Shown piece after piece: positions 24,652 to 39,000 of a DNA stretch of 64,000 nucleotides. The notes under the pieces were generated by a model. It was not told the origin of the DNA. It saw only the letters and a program-made list of their open reading frames with translations, and made no database searches. This DNA comes from Camelus ferus (taxonomy: Eukaryota), in contig NC_045696.1 in NCBI RefSeq assembly GCF_009834535.1, positions 45,076,001 to 45,140,000 on the forward strand, read 5' to 3'. Positions within the stretch are counted from its first letter, which is position 1. The number at the start of each line of letters is the position of its first letter. The position numbers and the translations under genes are program-made.

Positions 24652-27409
24652 ATGATGTTTAACCTATTTAACAACAAATGATACTTCTGAATGGGATATA
24701 GCATTTTAAATATCCTGAAATGCAAGAAACACAGGGAAGCTGCTCAAGAAAAGCTGGTGAATATAAAAGAAAAGAAAATGCCTTAACCGTTCTCGGGCCT
24801 GCTAATTCTTTAACTACTCTAATAGCTCAGAATGCTTAGGATGAGCATGTGACCAGGCAAAGCTGCTGTCTTTCCATGGCTCCTCAATTCTGGAATGAAC
24901 TGGATACTCTGTATTTTGTGTACTGTGAATGGAATCACCTCCCCTTGAGAGTGAACGAAAATAATATTCTCAGTTCCATTTGCTGGGGGGTGGTCTCTCT
25001 TCAGGCATACTCAGAGCCAAAGTAAACAAACAAATTAAATCCAAAATAGAGTGAAGGGCTAACAGTAGGGCCCTTTCAGATGAAGATGGAAAAATAACCC
25101 TCCCACGTGATAGGATTTAATATTTTTTTCAGTCTCCTCTGCTATTCTTAGTACGCAAACAATTCTATCCATTTTGTTTTGCCTTTCCATCTTGTGGTTT
25201 CTTTAAAAAGCAACATGCATTTAATCAACCCATAATATTATTTGTATATTACCCTGTAGCACTGTCTAGAGAGCTGAATAATGGCAGTTTGGTACATCAG
25301 CATTTTCTGATATATAACTTCACTGCTCCTTAAATCAAAGACCACAGAGTTGCTTCCCCAGGCTGGAGTGGAGAAGGCTCTCAGGCCTTGTCCCTCTTGT
25401 CACATCCCCCGTCTTGTTGACATGCTATCTCTGTGCTGCTTGTGTTCCTGTTTATGTCTTAGAAATGTACTTGCTTACAGAACCCGTTCAATGACCTATT
25501 CATCTCCAGAAGTTAAGTGTTTTGAAATTAAAAGTCTGTACTTGAATTTGATAAGTGAAATGACAGAGGACAGAAGGTCTAAACAGCTTTATCTTAGGCT
25601 CTTATAAACAAGCCCTAAAATTCAAACATCACCTCTGACATTCTTCCTGCTTCTTCCGAAAATAGATGGCAAGTATGAACTTCACTGAAACAGCTGCTTC
25701 TGGCTATGGTCAGTGTCACTGACAAATGAAACCACACAGAACAGAAGGCTCCCTGGCCTGATCGCATCTCTGCTTCTCTTGGAGACCTTCTAGCCACACC
25801 ACTAAGGGGAAAGGGCAAGAATTACAGCTTCCCCTCCAGACAGAACCACTAGGATTTGCATTTCTCTTGCTACCCTAGACCCTGTTCCGGGCCACAGAAG
25901 TTCAACACAGACATTTTCAGGTCCATAAACTATTTTTATGTTACAAGAAAATCTTGAGTTCAAAGTCATCGGTTTAAGAAACACATGGAAGGTGTATCCT
26001 ATTTACAAATCAGTCTATTCCAACCCCCTCTCCCCACTCAGCTGCCTGTACACTGTGATAAACAGGCAATTATTATTATTGCCTTTCCTACTGGGTTACT
26101 CTTTCACTGCAAACATGGACTGAGTCATGCACCTCTGCAGTCTTGACCTTTGAAAAGGAAGATGCTTTTCTGTCTTGGTTACCATTGTCCTCTTTGTTTC
26201 AAGTTGCAACTCATCTTCTCTTGTGCCAAGGTCTCCTAAACCCTGAGCCCAGAAACGCTCCCCAGCTCAGGGTAAAAAGCACCCTACAGAGCACCCCTGA
26301 GCTTCCACTCTTATCATTTCTCCATTATTCATCTTCCTCAATGCCTCTCACTCCTACCTCCACCACCCCAGCCCCACCTCTGAAGTCTAGACCAAATACT
26401 GGTGCTAATTAGCTGACTCTCCATCTCCCCACTATGCTTCACTTTCTTTGTTTAAAAAAACCAAATTAATTCTCCCCATTTCACCCCACATAGTCTCTGT
26501 TCCGACTTTACCTTTTGAACTCAAACATTCTGAGGCTTGCCCCCTTCTCCACATCAGTCTTCAGAGGAGCAAGCAGTTAATTGGGACTCTTAAAACTTAA
26601 GCCTACTGGTGTTTTCTTCCTGTAGCCCTCAAACTCTAGATTTACAGGCTGTCAGATCCACTGGAACTCCCTCTGCAGCCCTGCCTACTCTTCAGGGGTG
26701 AGTGTGAAGTACGCACGTATTCTTCCTTTGGAAAGCAATGCTCTGTTTAAGGGCCATGGAGAGGGTGCTAGTTGTGGAGACTGTTCCCACAGGTTTGAAC
26801 TCCAGTGTCAGACACCTCCCCTGCTTGTGCATGGAAAATGAACAACAGGCTGGTTTTCTGCTGTCCAAGCAAGGCTGCTCTAGTGAACAAACGTGTACCT
26901 AGAAACTAACCAGATGCAACATATTTCTGTCACCTTAAGAGGGTTGAAGAGCACACACAGCCTTGGCTCAGGGATGCTGTGAAGCAGACTCAAGCTGTCT
27001 GCAGGGAACTCCGCCCTCCACTCTCTGGACCCCTTTCTGCTTCATGCCCTTTCCTGCCGCCCATCACCCAGCCCATTCCTATTCACACTGGCTTAAAGTA
27101 GCAGCAACTTCAAAGAGGATTTTTGTACCAACTGTGGACATCGAAGTGGTGAAAACTGAGGGAGAAGCAGACAGCTCAGCCTGCTAGGAACCCTGCTGGG
27201 GTCGCCGGGGCACTGAGCATGGGGGCAGCCTCCTCCATCCCTCTGCTAAACACCAGCCACTGAGTAACCTTCCCTCTTCCGCTTTCCCCCTCTCAGACTC
27301 AGACTTACAAGAAGAACTATCCCCACACCTTGCAGAAGTGTTAAAAAATGACAGCCAGGCACACAATCCTATAGTGTAACCATCTCACTTCTTTATCCTA
27401 GATTACGCA

Positions 27410-27560
27410 AAATTACAGCATCTTGTGGATGTTGATTTTGACGTCTGCCCTGCCCACTAGAACGTACACTCAGTGAGGACCGGAGCCACATCTGGTATGT
27501 TCGCCACTGGATCCTCGTGCCTGGAGCATAACTGGCGCCCTGAGAGCCCTTTACAGACCA
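27410..27560 (+). mobile_element. L2 3' end fragment
   Basis: gtctgccctgcccactagaacgtacactcagtgaggaccgg...gttcgccactggatcctcgtgcctggagcataactggc. Confidence 0.55.
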
Positions 27561-29009
27561 GAGCAGGAGGCAGGAACTGATCCAGTAGTGGTCATCCCTT
27601 CTGTTCATAGTCGGGCAGCTAGTGTCTTATCAGACTCTGTGCCGCGATCCAAACTTAGGGTGGGAAAACAGTTTCCTCAAACCAGTCTTCCACTCCAAGT
27701 TCCCATCCCCTCATCTCCTTGCACCCGGAGATGGGGAAGAATGGAGGAGCTGGGATGGGGAGAAGAAGGAAGGAAGAGGACAGAGGGGAGAAGGAAGAGT
27801 AGAAGGAAAACAACAGTCAAAGCAAAATGTAGATATTGTTTAGTTTTCCTGCCATTTTCTGTCTACTCTCTAATCCACAAGGTACGAGGAATCAGGCTCA
27901 ATGATTCCCAATTATCCTGCATGACTAACACAGGGCCAGGACAGAGTAGGTATTCAACAAATCACATCAAGGAACCAATGACTCAATAAATGAATTCATA
28001 AAAATTTGAGAGTAAGGTAAATTAATAATAGCAGATTTTACTGCCATGTATTTCCTGTCTCAGTTTTCAAATTAAAAACAACTCCTTATTAAATTGCTTT
28101 AAAGGTACAAAATGCTTTGCCATTAGTTGAAATTCTTATTTGCTTCTCACTGGCTGCTCCTGATGAAAATGTGTGATGACAAAGTATAAGAAAGCATTAT
28201 GTCACCATCCTAGGCTGAGGCTAATCCTTCACTTTCCAGTATAATAAACAATGCATCACATACGCAAGTGAACCTCCAATCTTTCCACTCATATTTCATT
28301 TCAAATCTGAATGGCGTCTTAGAGAGTATTTTGATGACATATAAATTCAGAGAAGTTAGATAACATCAAGATTTAAATTATTGAGAAGATGACTCTAATC
28401 TAGCACCTAAACAACAAATCCAAATGCTTTGGAAATCTAAAGCCAAGCACTTTGGGCCTTTAAATGAATCCAGCAGGATAGGTCCCCAGTTTTGTTTATG
28501 GAGACTCAAATTCATTGTACAACTCCATTAGGGTAACAAGATAGTAGATACTTCAAAAGAAATCCACTTGTCTCCCTGACTAGAGAAATAAACTCACATT
28601 TACTACATACATAAAATGTTCTCTATTAAGTCACTCATAAAGAAGCAATAAAACCATGCAGTACAAAATGTAACAATACTGTGTAAAACATGATCTAATT
28701 TAAAAAGAGAGAAAATACTAAACAAGAGACACTAACCTGGAAACACCATAGCTTCAGTGTATAATCCAACAGATTTCCTGCTCTATGCTCTAGTCTTTAC
28801 CACTATCACGTAAACTGTCCTGGAGTAAATCCTCCAGATGAATTTTAAATGGTGCCACTTCACTGCTGAAGAACCTACAGTGGTTCTCCACAGCTTTTGT
28901 AAAATCAAATCCATATTCTTTAACTCTCCATTATTTTCTCCCAAACTTCATTCACTTTGTCATCATCTTTTATCCTTCTCTCAAATAGTATTAAAGATAA
29001 ATGCAGTTC

Positions 29010-29222
29010 ATATTAATAATGACTAACTGCCTTGAACTATATTAGGCAGTTAGCCAAAATTTTTCTATATACTAGACTATACTTTCAACCACTCCACTAG
29101 CTGGGTATTATAATACCCTTCTTACACGTAAGGATATTGAGACACAGAGAAGTCAGGTAAATTATTTAAGCTGCACAGTTAGTAACTTGGAGAGCTAAAG
29201 TTTGAACTCAGATCTGTCTGCC
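29010..29222. mobile_element. MIR
   Basis: gtattataatacccttcttacacgtaaggatattgagacacagagaagtcaggtaa...cacagttagtaa...tttgaactcagatctgtctg. Confidence 0.65.
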
Positions 29223-30899
29223 TAATGATTAACGGGCTCCAAAGTGGGTATGGAAATGAATGAAGCCTGAAGAGAATCAAGAGGCCAGAGAATGGAGTAG
29301 GAATAACAGAGGATGCCGATTAAATTTAAAAGCAGATTTCACAGGTACAAGGAAATAAGTGAGGTAGAAAAACTAGGGGTATGTTTGTAGAATGAGATTT
29401 TGGAATTAAGGATTCCAAAGGCTAGCATGACTTGGCCAAGGAGACACATGGCTGAGTGGGATACTGGTAAGAGTTCCTGATAGTGAAGTCAACGAGGGGA
29501 GAATTACAGCTGCCTAGAACAAAGGTAACATCTGAAGTGTAAAAAGACTGTGGGGAAAAGTTCCTTCCAGAGGCTGGAGTGTGCTGTGAAGACTAATGCT
29601 GACGTCTCCACGCATATGCCTGCTATGGGAGTCAGAACGTTGTGGAAACCTTGGCAGGAAGAGGTTTTGAGAGTAAAGAGAAGAACGATGGTCTCTAAGT
29701 GGATCCAGCGAAACAAGAGATTTCCCATATTGCTCCAAGGATCTGGATATAGTCTGTGGTGTTTGAAGGTTGTATATAGATTGATGTGGAAGGAAATGTT
29801 TCCTGTTTTCCATTCATATATAAATTGAATTTCAAAATGTGAATGAATCATAGGCAAGGAAGATTACATGTGGCCATCCCCTAGTTTTCTTTAAAATGCA
29901 AGATGCCTGGTATTTGCATGCAGTTCTATCTCTGCACACAGAATGTGATGAAATTTGGCACCGCCATAAATACAGAGAATGGAAAGGGCATCAACAGAAG
30001 GACGTGAGTTGTTCTTGTAATAGAACACTGCCTTTCAACTGCCTCTATGGAGAGTTTCACACATAATTTACCATGGTTCTGCAAGGACACAGTATTTTAA
30101 TATAATGAAACATAATAAATTACTTGAGACCAAACCCTATCATTCAGTGAAGCTATATCCCATTCCCAGCGCGAGGATGAAAATGACAAACCGAACAGTG
30201 CTTTCTGAAAACTTCTCACTCATCATTATGAAACTTTTTTTTCCCCTAGTATTCATCTCCCACACAAAAGCTGGTTCCTATAACATTCAGAATTTCTTGT
30301 AAGTGGTATTACTTAGTCTAAAAGGTTGCAAAGCATTTTTCCACCCATTATAATAGAAGCCCACAAACTCCCCAAGCAAGTAACTGAATTTCACCAGTGT
30401 GTGTGTTCAGGACTAGGGCCAGGCACCTGGTCTCTATTAAGGTCCTAGGGCTCTGGTGAGCAGGCCAGGCAGGGCTGCACCAGAGCTTTCCCAGAAACCG
30501 GCCAATGAAGGAGGAGGAGAGAAAGACTTGGGGGACAAAGATCACAGAAGGAAGGTATGGGAGGGCAGACACAAAGACAAAAACACAGGAAATCTGGACT
30601 CTCAATACACAATATCCTGTTTAACCTTCAATGCGTCATCAAACACAACACAGTTAGGGACGGTCACAAATTCATTTAATATGGAATAAATGCATCATGT
30701 GAATCACAACAATATTTAAGAGTCTCAGTGGCATGAATTCAAATGCTTGCTTTTAGCTAAGCAAGGCATAGTTAATAAAGCTGTACTTCATATGGCCACG
30801 ACTTCACGTATTACTACAGTACAAATTTGGAACTTAAAGTTCAAAGTAATGCCACAGAAACAGTGACCGCTTTCAGCACAGTGGTAGATTTTAGCACAC

Positions 30900-31245
30900 A
30901 GCTTTGGCTTGTGTGACAGAGGCACAGAACAGCAGCAACTTCCACTGATGTTTATTCCCCCCTCACCTAATGTTACAGCAGCTCTAGTCTATGAGGTGGT
31001 CAGCGACCGAGGCTCCGCCATTCCTAGGCCATAGCTCTCCTCCGTGTGGCCCAGGCTGACTTATGACCATTCTAGCCAGTGGGGAGCAGGAAAAGGGGGC
31101 AGAGGAGGGCACGTGGCCTTCCTTTCAGGGCATGATCTAGAAGCTGCACATTGTGCGTCCATTCACATCCAATCAGAACTTACTCACAGGGCCACATCAG
31201 ATCCATGTGAGCCCAGGAAATATTCTTTACTATGCGTGGATAAAA
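30900..31245 (-). mobile_element. Old MaLR LTR (MLT1J/K-like)
   Basis: ccagtggggagcagg...tctagaagctgcacatt...tccattcacatccaat...cagaacttactcacagggccaca...ccaggaaatattc. Confidence 0.55.
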
Positions 31246-34200
31246 ATGGGGGAACATATGATGAAACAAAGCAGCAAAATGAATTTGGGGAACAGTCAGC
31301 AGTCTTTAGTACAGATGACAATGGACACTACAAACTGATTTTCATTAGCTGTTCAAAGAAGTTTCACTGGGTGAATTAAGCCAAATTAGATAATCTTTCC
31401 TTAAAGCAAAAAAGTATTAAGATGGATGCCAAGCGACATTAAAGGTAGGATTACATGAAATACGAAACATTTTTTAAGACTACCACCAAAATGAAGATTT
31501 TCCCATTTTAGTCTCAAACTTTGGTTTTTAGCATAGAATAGAAAATAAACAAACATGCACCAATAAGTTTAAATAGCATACTCCTGACCCTGGGACAAAA
31601 CACCCCCTACCTTTCTTTCAGTGATAAATTTAGAAGCAAAAGACAATTATATATAAAACATAGATGGAAGTTTCTTAAACTTTCTTATTGAAACACAACC
31701 TACTTAAGCTTAAAAATAATCAGCAGGTCTAAGGTATCTCACCCTCAGTCCAGAAAAGGTCAAAGGAAGTTTTACAACACTTTCCCTAGGCACATTTCAA
31801 GATACCACCTACATCAGCAGTAATGAGGTAGTTCAGAAAGGTGAGAAAACATTTCAACCACAATGGAACAGAAGCTTCTAGGGAACTTCTGTGCCAAATT
31901 TCTACACCAGAAAATTTAACATGAACAACTTGCTGCAGTTCTTTTTTCTTCCTGCAAACAAAAAAAATTTAAATAACAATAAATTTTTCCCTTCTCTCTA
32001 TGTAGTAACTGCTAAAGAGACACTGTGATATCCCTTAATGTAATGATAAACTAACATTGTAAAATACCATTTTTATTAAGCTCATGAAATATCTCTACTC
32101 TAAGTTTTCCAATCTGGTTTTGCAGCTTATGACAAGCACTTTAGAATCAAACACACAGGTGAAATAAATGTAATGAATACTGTTTGTCTATACAAAGTGA
32201 AGGCAGAAGATCAATTCCTACTCTCAAAACTGCAGCTATCTTCATGATATGGAAGAGCTTCTTCTACAGTGAAAATTCTCCATCTCTATCTTCTCCACTT
32301 CTGTAGGAATAAGACCCAATACAAGTAGCAATTCCTAACCCTGTGTCACTTAACCATTCTCCCAACTACCTTTAGGATGAAACTAAACCCTAAAAAGAAA
32401 ATCCTTTCAAAGTTAATCAGCATTTACTTTCACTTAAATTTTTCTATCATGCAGTCTAGCATATTACAAAAAAAAAAATTCAGGATACATTATTCTAATT
32501 TCGGAAGCATTTTTCACACTAATTGATTATCCCTCTGTATGAGAAATTCCTGCTACTGAAAGCCATTACAAGAAGTGCAAATTATTTATTACTGCTGAAT
32601 ATTTAACTCCATACAGCCCTAGTAACAAATAACATTTGAAATGCTACCCTTAAATACTGACAGTCGTAACTTAAAGGGGTAGCTCATTTTATATGCAGTT
32701 GGCTAGCACACCTGTAAACCCAAGTACCCTCACAATCAAGTCTAGTTGCCTTGTCTCCATTTTTACTGGCACATTTACTCAGGAATCGTACTGCTTTAGA
32801 CGTTAAGAAACAATGAGAGAGAGAATATATAGTTAGAATCTGTCCTTTCTACTTCTCCCATAATGCACTGCTGTCAACATCAAAACAAGTTGTAAGACTG
32901 TCTATGGTATAATCACTGTATAAATCCCTGAGAATCATCATGGGGAAAGTCTTCGAATAAAGCCACTGAATAGGTGTCCAAAATTGCCTAATAAGGTTGT
33001 CCCTTGTTTATCTGACGGACATGTAGATCCTTGTACTTCATTTCCTACAGGAAGCAACATTTCCTATCAAAGACTTTTCCTCTGTATGTAATACTTCCCC
33101 TGAGTCAGAAAGACAAGAATCTGAATGTTTTCTGAGAGGGGAAGTGTCGGTTACCTGGATGCAGGATCCATCATCGTATGAAGCATCATCTAATAACAAG
33201 AAAGGTCAATCAGATTTTGTTGTGAGAGAGAGCAGACAGATGAGAAATACATTTTTTTCTTTTAAAGAAACATGTCTGTCTTTAAAGTTTGTTTTGAAAC
33301 AACCCTGCCATCTACGATAAAATTTTAAAGTTGAAGCTCTAAGACAGGAAAATATCTGATTCTCTAACTTCATTTTAGGGTAGCAAAGCAAGATGCATAC
33401 CTGCATACAATCAAAGGCGTATCCCAGAAGGAGCCCGATGGAAGTGGAATGGATGTCCACGGTAAACTTGACTAGGGCTCAATGAAGAAAACTCACCAAA
33501 CTTAAAAGTCAAACTCTGTTCTCAAAACGGGGGTCAGTGCTTTCAGGTGGTAACTGAGTGCCCAGTGTGCGTATGTGGCACGTGGTCTAGTACAAAGCTA
33601 AAATAAGTGAAGTACCAAGAAGACTCATCAACAACACCCAACTTCAAAATGAAGAGCTAGCTAACAGTGAATATCCAAAGTGCAAAACTCTGTCATTTAA
33701 ATATGAAACTATGTGGTACGCTATTAGGGCCGTTCACTTGCTTTTTTTCCTTTGAGGTATCCCTCTCCCTTCTACCCCTCATCAGAAACATAACCATGCT
33801 CACAGCCGAAAAGTCAGAAGAGAAAAAGTATCAAGAGGTCACCAAAATCCCCAGCTTCCCACCCTACTAAGATGCCCAACACCTCAGAACCCCAACACAA
33901 CCTGCTTTTACATACTCTTGAGCTACGTGTGACTTCCCGCTCCTTGAAAATGTCTTCCACCCTTACCCTGCATAGCTCTAACTGCTACCTACTCATATAT
34001 AATTCCCCACTGAGGTCTTCTGTGACCTCCAGCTGAGCTCAGGTGCTCTCCTTTGTGAGTCCTGAGGACCCTGAGTGTCCCTTAACTAGATCGAGTACAT
34101 CAAAGAACCAAGATCGAACTCTGTTTCTACACTACTGAAATCCTAACACTCAAGTATTCAGAAAATACTTTAAGAATAAGAACTTGAATTATACCTTGAA

Positions 34201-35429
34201 AGACAGATAACACAGTTGGGAAAAGGGAGAAACCATCAGCAAACATTCAAAATACTAATTGGGACAATAAGCCCCGATAAGAGTGGCCAAAGAAAATTCA
34301 TCTAAGCAGGTGATACTTATACTCGGATGTGTGCCTCTACTCTCAAAAATGTGAAGACTCAGAGGAATCACTTTTCAGGAAGTGGAGGCAACTGGAAGAG
34401 GCAACAAGGTAGAAAGGACCTGGGCACATACTCCAGGAACTGAAATCAGACAAGTGAGGCTAAAGTTTAAATGTTATTCAGGAAGTAACATGAGAGTACC
34501 ATGGTTTTTTTAAAAAAAACTATTTCAAATTAAGGGAACCAAAGAAACAAAGCTATAAAGAGGAAATACTGCCATATGGGATATTGAGTAATGGTTGGAG
34601 GTACAGAATATGGTTCAGAAAAGTAGCAAGAAGTCAAAAAGCTGGTCAAAGCATTTCGGGTTGACACAACTGGAAACAAGGAACAATTTATTAAAATGTT
34701 AAAAAAAAATCTGGCATGATACAATTATTTCTATATAAAGACAGTGATTCTTTCAAAAAGGTATAAAGTAACACTTGAATACTACTCACCTGTTTCATGA
34801 GCTGTACCAAGGACCCCTGTGTATATTCATAATACTACGTTCATTAACTTCAGAGTCATGAGCAAGAAACTACCCAAGAGCACTTCTGTCACAGGGATTT
34901 TGAAACTTTAGTTTAATCTGTATTAAGAAGAAATGTAACATGGATGCACTGGGGTTCCATCTCAGTAAAACTTTTAAACATGCCAATTTTATGCAGTAAA
35001 GGAAAACAAATAACGAAATTTGAGGAAAGTGGTTTCACTTGTAACTCTGCTGTGTCTGCTTTTCGGTTCTCTGCTAAGCAGATTCTCCATCCCTGGTTCT
35101 AATTATGGATCAGCCGGCAAAGGAGTGATGCATATGGCTGCAAGGCCCTTTTCACCCTTTCTAAAATGTCACGTGAAAATATAATCCTCTGCTGATTAAA
35201 AGAAATTATCTCTGGACCATACAAGATTAACAAGCCCAATTTAATTAAATTTATGTGGCTTGGTAACTGTTAAATTTTTCCCTCCATCCCCAGAAAGACA
35301 ACAAAACTGCACCCCAACAACAAAAATCAACAACACTCCCTCCTGTCCGTGAGAGGTTTAGTATTGCCTGCCAAGTTTTATGATGCTGCTGAAATAGCAC
35401 CTAGGCTGAGATCCGTGTACGCTCACCCC

Positions 35430-35810
35430 TCATTCCTTTAATGCATCGTGACTGAGACCCTACTACGTGTAGGAACTGGAGCAGGCACTGAGAGGAGTGT
35501 GAAGAAAAGAATCTTAACACAGAGTTTATGGGAGGGTCTGGAAAGAAGAGAATAGAGCGCCATGACAGAAAACGACGTGCAGAGTAATTTCAAGTGATCA
35601 GTCAAGGAAGTCCTCTCTCAGGAACTGACATTTGAGTTACGATCTGAAGGGTGAGCAAGGGTGAGAGAGATAGGTGGAAAAAATTCAGGCAGATGAAGCT
35701 GTGGATGTGAAGGTCCTAAAGGCCTGAAACACTGAAAAATGGTGAGTGGCTGGAACAAAAAGACCTGAGGGAGCCTGTTCTGAGATGGGGGTAGAAGAGC
35801 AAAGAATGAA
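35430..35810 (-). mobile_element. L2 fragment
   Basis: cattcctttaatgcatcgtgactgagaccctactacgtgtaggaactgg...gtcaaggaagtcctctctcaggaactgacatttgagt...tctgaagg. Confidence 0.65.
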
Positions 35811-36029
35811 GAAATAATAAAAGATAAACCACTCATACGAAGAAGCAGTGCTTTGTGCTGTGTTATTACATCAAGGTTATAGCCATCACGGTTTCTATTC
35901 ACTTCCACCAGATGCGCTCATATAATGAGAACAGATTTTGAGGCTAGCAAGTAAAAATGACAACTCATTCAGCACAATGGTTCTGGAGAGCATTCCAGAC
36001 TCCTGCTTCAGGAATCATAGTGAAAGCAG

Positions 36030-36066
36030 ACCTTTCTCTGGGACAAATACCTTTCTCTGGGACAAA
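36030..36066. repeat. Perfect 18-bp direct repeat, period 19
   Basis: acctttctctgggacaaa t acctttctctgggacaaa. Confidence 0.9.
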
Positions 36067-39000
36067 AAGGTTTATTAATTCCCATGACCAGTTAAAACTA
36101 AAGACAAAATCAGAGACTTTAATGCAAGATAAAAATTAATGATTTTTACTCTTTTTACAACGGATCTGGCTTTTAAACACTCAGTAGGATATTTTCTCTC
36201 TGCTTGTAATCAGTTCCGTTTTCTGAATAAGAAATGCTGTTAAGGTTTGTTTTCAGTATCTAGGGGTAGGGTATTGCAAGTATGAATGCGCTTAATTCTA
36301 ATTAAAAAAAAATAAGACTCACGTTCTTAGGCATTTTCCTGATAATCCAAATAATTTTATTATTTTATTATTCATGGAAATTTCAGAACTTCGATATGCT
36401 TCTCTTTTTAATCTCAATTAAATTAAATCATCAATAATAAACAAGTCAAAGATAAGGTTTTCTTTTTTTTTTTTAATCTTGGAGCAGCACAAATTTTAAA
36501 ATGAAAATTCTAAGCTTTACATAACAGATTCCTCTCAAATAGTTAAATGAGCACTAAAGACCAGTACCCCAAGGAATTAGAACTTGATAATTTAGCAAAA
36601 CCTTTAATTACCAAAAAAAAACCCTGAAAATTTAACTATTTTTCCTAGATCTTAAGATTATCAGGTCTCGAATGAATTGGCTTCCTCATATTATCCATTA
36701 AAATAACTCTGCTGTTTTACTACTGATTTTTTTCTTTTTTACTGCAAAAGAGATCTTTACATCCTTCTAAATTGTATCAGTCAAAACACCTGCAGTGTAT
36801 ATAAAATAAGCTCAAGAATCTGAAACACATGTTAAGGACTGGGTTAACCTCTAATAAGAAGAAAACAGGTTACATAGGAAAATCAAGCCTTCATAAGAAC
36901 GTCAGGACTCTGCACCTCTTTTACCATACCGACTTCACCTGGAGAAACAGCTCATGTAGCAGTACAACAGATTCTGATCGTGATTTTGCAAGGCTTTCAC
37001 TCAAAATCCAAGGAACTACTTCTTACAGAGTTGTACACAGTAGGTGCTATTATTCAGATGAGCAATGTGTAGTGCTCCTTAAATCAACAAAAGTGCTGAA
37101 GGAAGCATATATTTATTCCCAGTAATTGAAGAGAAATCAGGAGATTAATATAACTAAATGGGGGAAAAGGAGAGGCTATACAATATTGACATCATGTTGT
37201 ATTTACAACAAATTTTAGCACAAACCTGAAAGTGGATTACACACCTAAAATGAGAAGGAAACAAAAAGGACTCAGTCTTGTTAAAACAAATAAATAAAAC
37301 ACATAGTGTGTGCAGGTCTAGTTCAGAATTCTTCTGTTAATCTTTTCTGAGTTTATACCAATGAAAGAAAGTCACTTTTCAATTTTAACTTTACTACTAC
37401 CAGATCATGAGAGACTCTGCATTCTTCAGAAATGTTGTAATCTTGAGGGGAAAAAATGATCTACTGGACCTTTCATCAGAAGCTTTCCTTACTCACCAGT
37501 TAAACAATAAATACATGCTATCCCCAGAGCCAGTGAGTTGTACAAACTTCGTAACTTTCTGCAACTGAAGGACAGTCTGCCTTTTGCTTATCACTCGTTA
37601 ACCTCCACGAACTATCAGCACCAGGCATTTTACAAGGATCTCTATTTTTCACTTCAATGGTAAGAAGCAAATGTTTTTCCAAGATCTTCATATTATTTGT
37701 ACAGATGAAAACAAATATGTAATTCTACAATGACCTAAGAAGGCATCATACATGAATTTATTTTCCCATATCATGAATGGTTCTAAAAAACTAACTTCAA
37801 GCTAAAACAAAAAACAAAAAAACTCTGAAGTCATATTTCACAGAAATATTTTGTGAAAACCAAAGAACTGAATTTTGAATCATCTGTAGCAACTACTATC
37901 TCACAGCGAAGAAAATCTCCACGAGAGCTATGGGAATGTAAAAACAATCACCATGAAGTAAAATGACCGTGAGTTTACTAAGAAGGAGAGATATGCTATC
38001 AGAAGAAATTTTTTAATGTTTAAATTAAACCAACTTAACTGAACTCCAAATAGAAATTTAAAACAGTGTCATTTAAAATTACATAGAAAAACAGTTTTAC
38101 TCTAAGGCACACTGGGACCCAGAAAATTTTTCATCCTCTTAAAATATAACCTACCCATTCCAGACGAACTCTCAACTACATGCAGTAGACTGCTGATATA
38201 TTAAAATACTTGGTATACATTTTGCTTCTGTCCAAGCTTCAATGACCTGCAGGGAATTGGAAACTTCCTAAAATAACATCTAATTAAAATTCTTTACATT
38301 AGTCTGAGATTGTAACACAGCAAATAAAGCCCTGCTCTCACCTTGTTTACTTGCCATCTGTCTCTTTCTGAAATGTCAAGTACTGAAAATGTGAAAAGAA
38401 TTCTAGTTATTTTACTCCCACGTAAATGACAGTTTACAATAAATGCATACTAAGAAGACTGTAACCTGTGGTGGGAATGATGCCACACATATAGCAGAGG
38501 AAGTAAATAAAGAGCAGTTATCTAATGGAAAGTTATCGGGGACAAAAGACATCTACACTGATCTTTAAATGTAATGGGTACTTTGGGTGAGCTAAAGGAA
38601 AACACTGTGTGCCTTTTGTGTCTCATCTACAAAACTTTACTTTCCAACCTGAAGGTCATGTCAAAGGTGTACTAGGAGCATCACATTGCACAACTTCCTA
38701 GAGTGTCATTTCTCTTACGAAACAGTAAAAGGATCAAGGCAGATCTGCCTAGGTCATCTTCCCTCTGTTAATGGTTTCTGAAACCAGAAAACCCATTCAG
38801 TCAAGTCCAGGAACTCCATCATCTCTTTCACACGTTACCAAAGACTTCCTTATCCCCAGTCAAAACAGTCTATCATGGCTATCTGTGTCTAAACCTACCT
38901 CCCAAGAAATGAAATGTGGGCCTGGGGGTATTTCCCATCTTGCCAAAATAAGTAACATTAAATTTTATTATGTGAGAAGAACTATTAAGATAAATTGAAA

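Noticed and set aside
27588..27989. Longest ORF in the track (133 aa)
   Set aside because: No recognisable homology; it spans a purine-rich low-complexity tract and L2-like sequence, and its length is expected by chance.
29504..29857. Three overlapping ORFs (92-117 aa)
   Set aside because: No recognisable protein family and no splice support linking them to CBLB.
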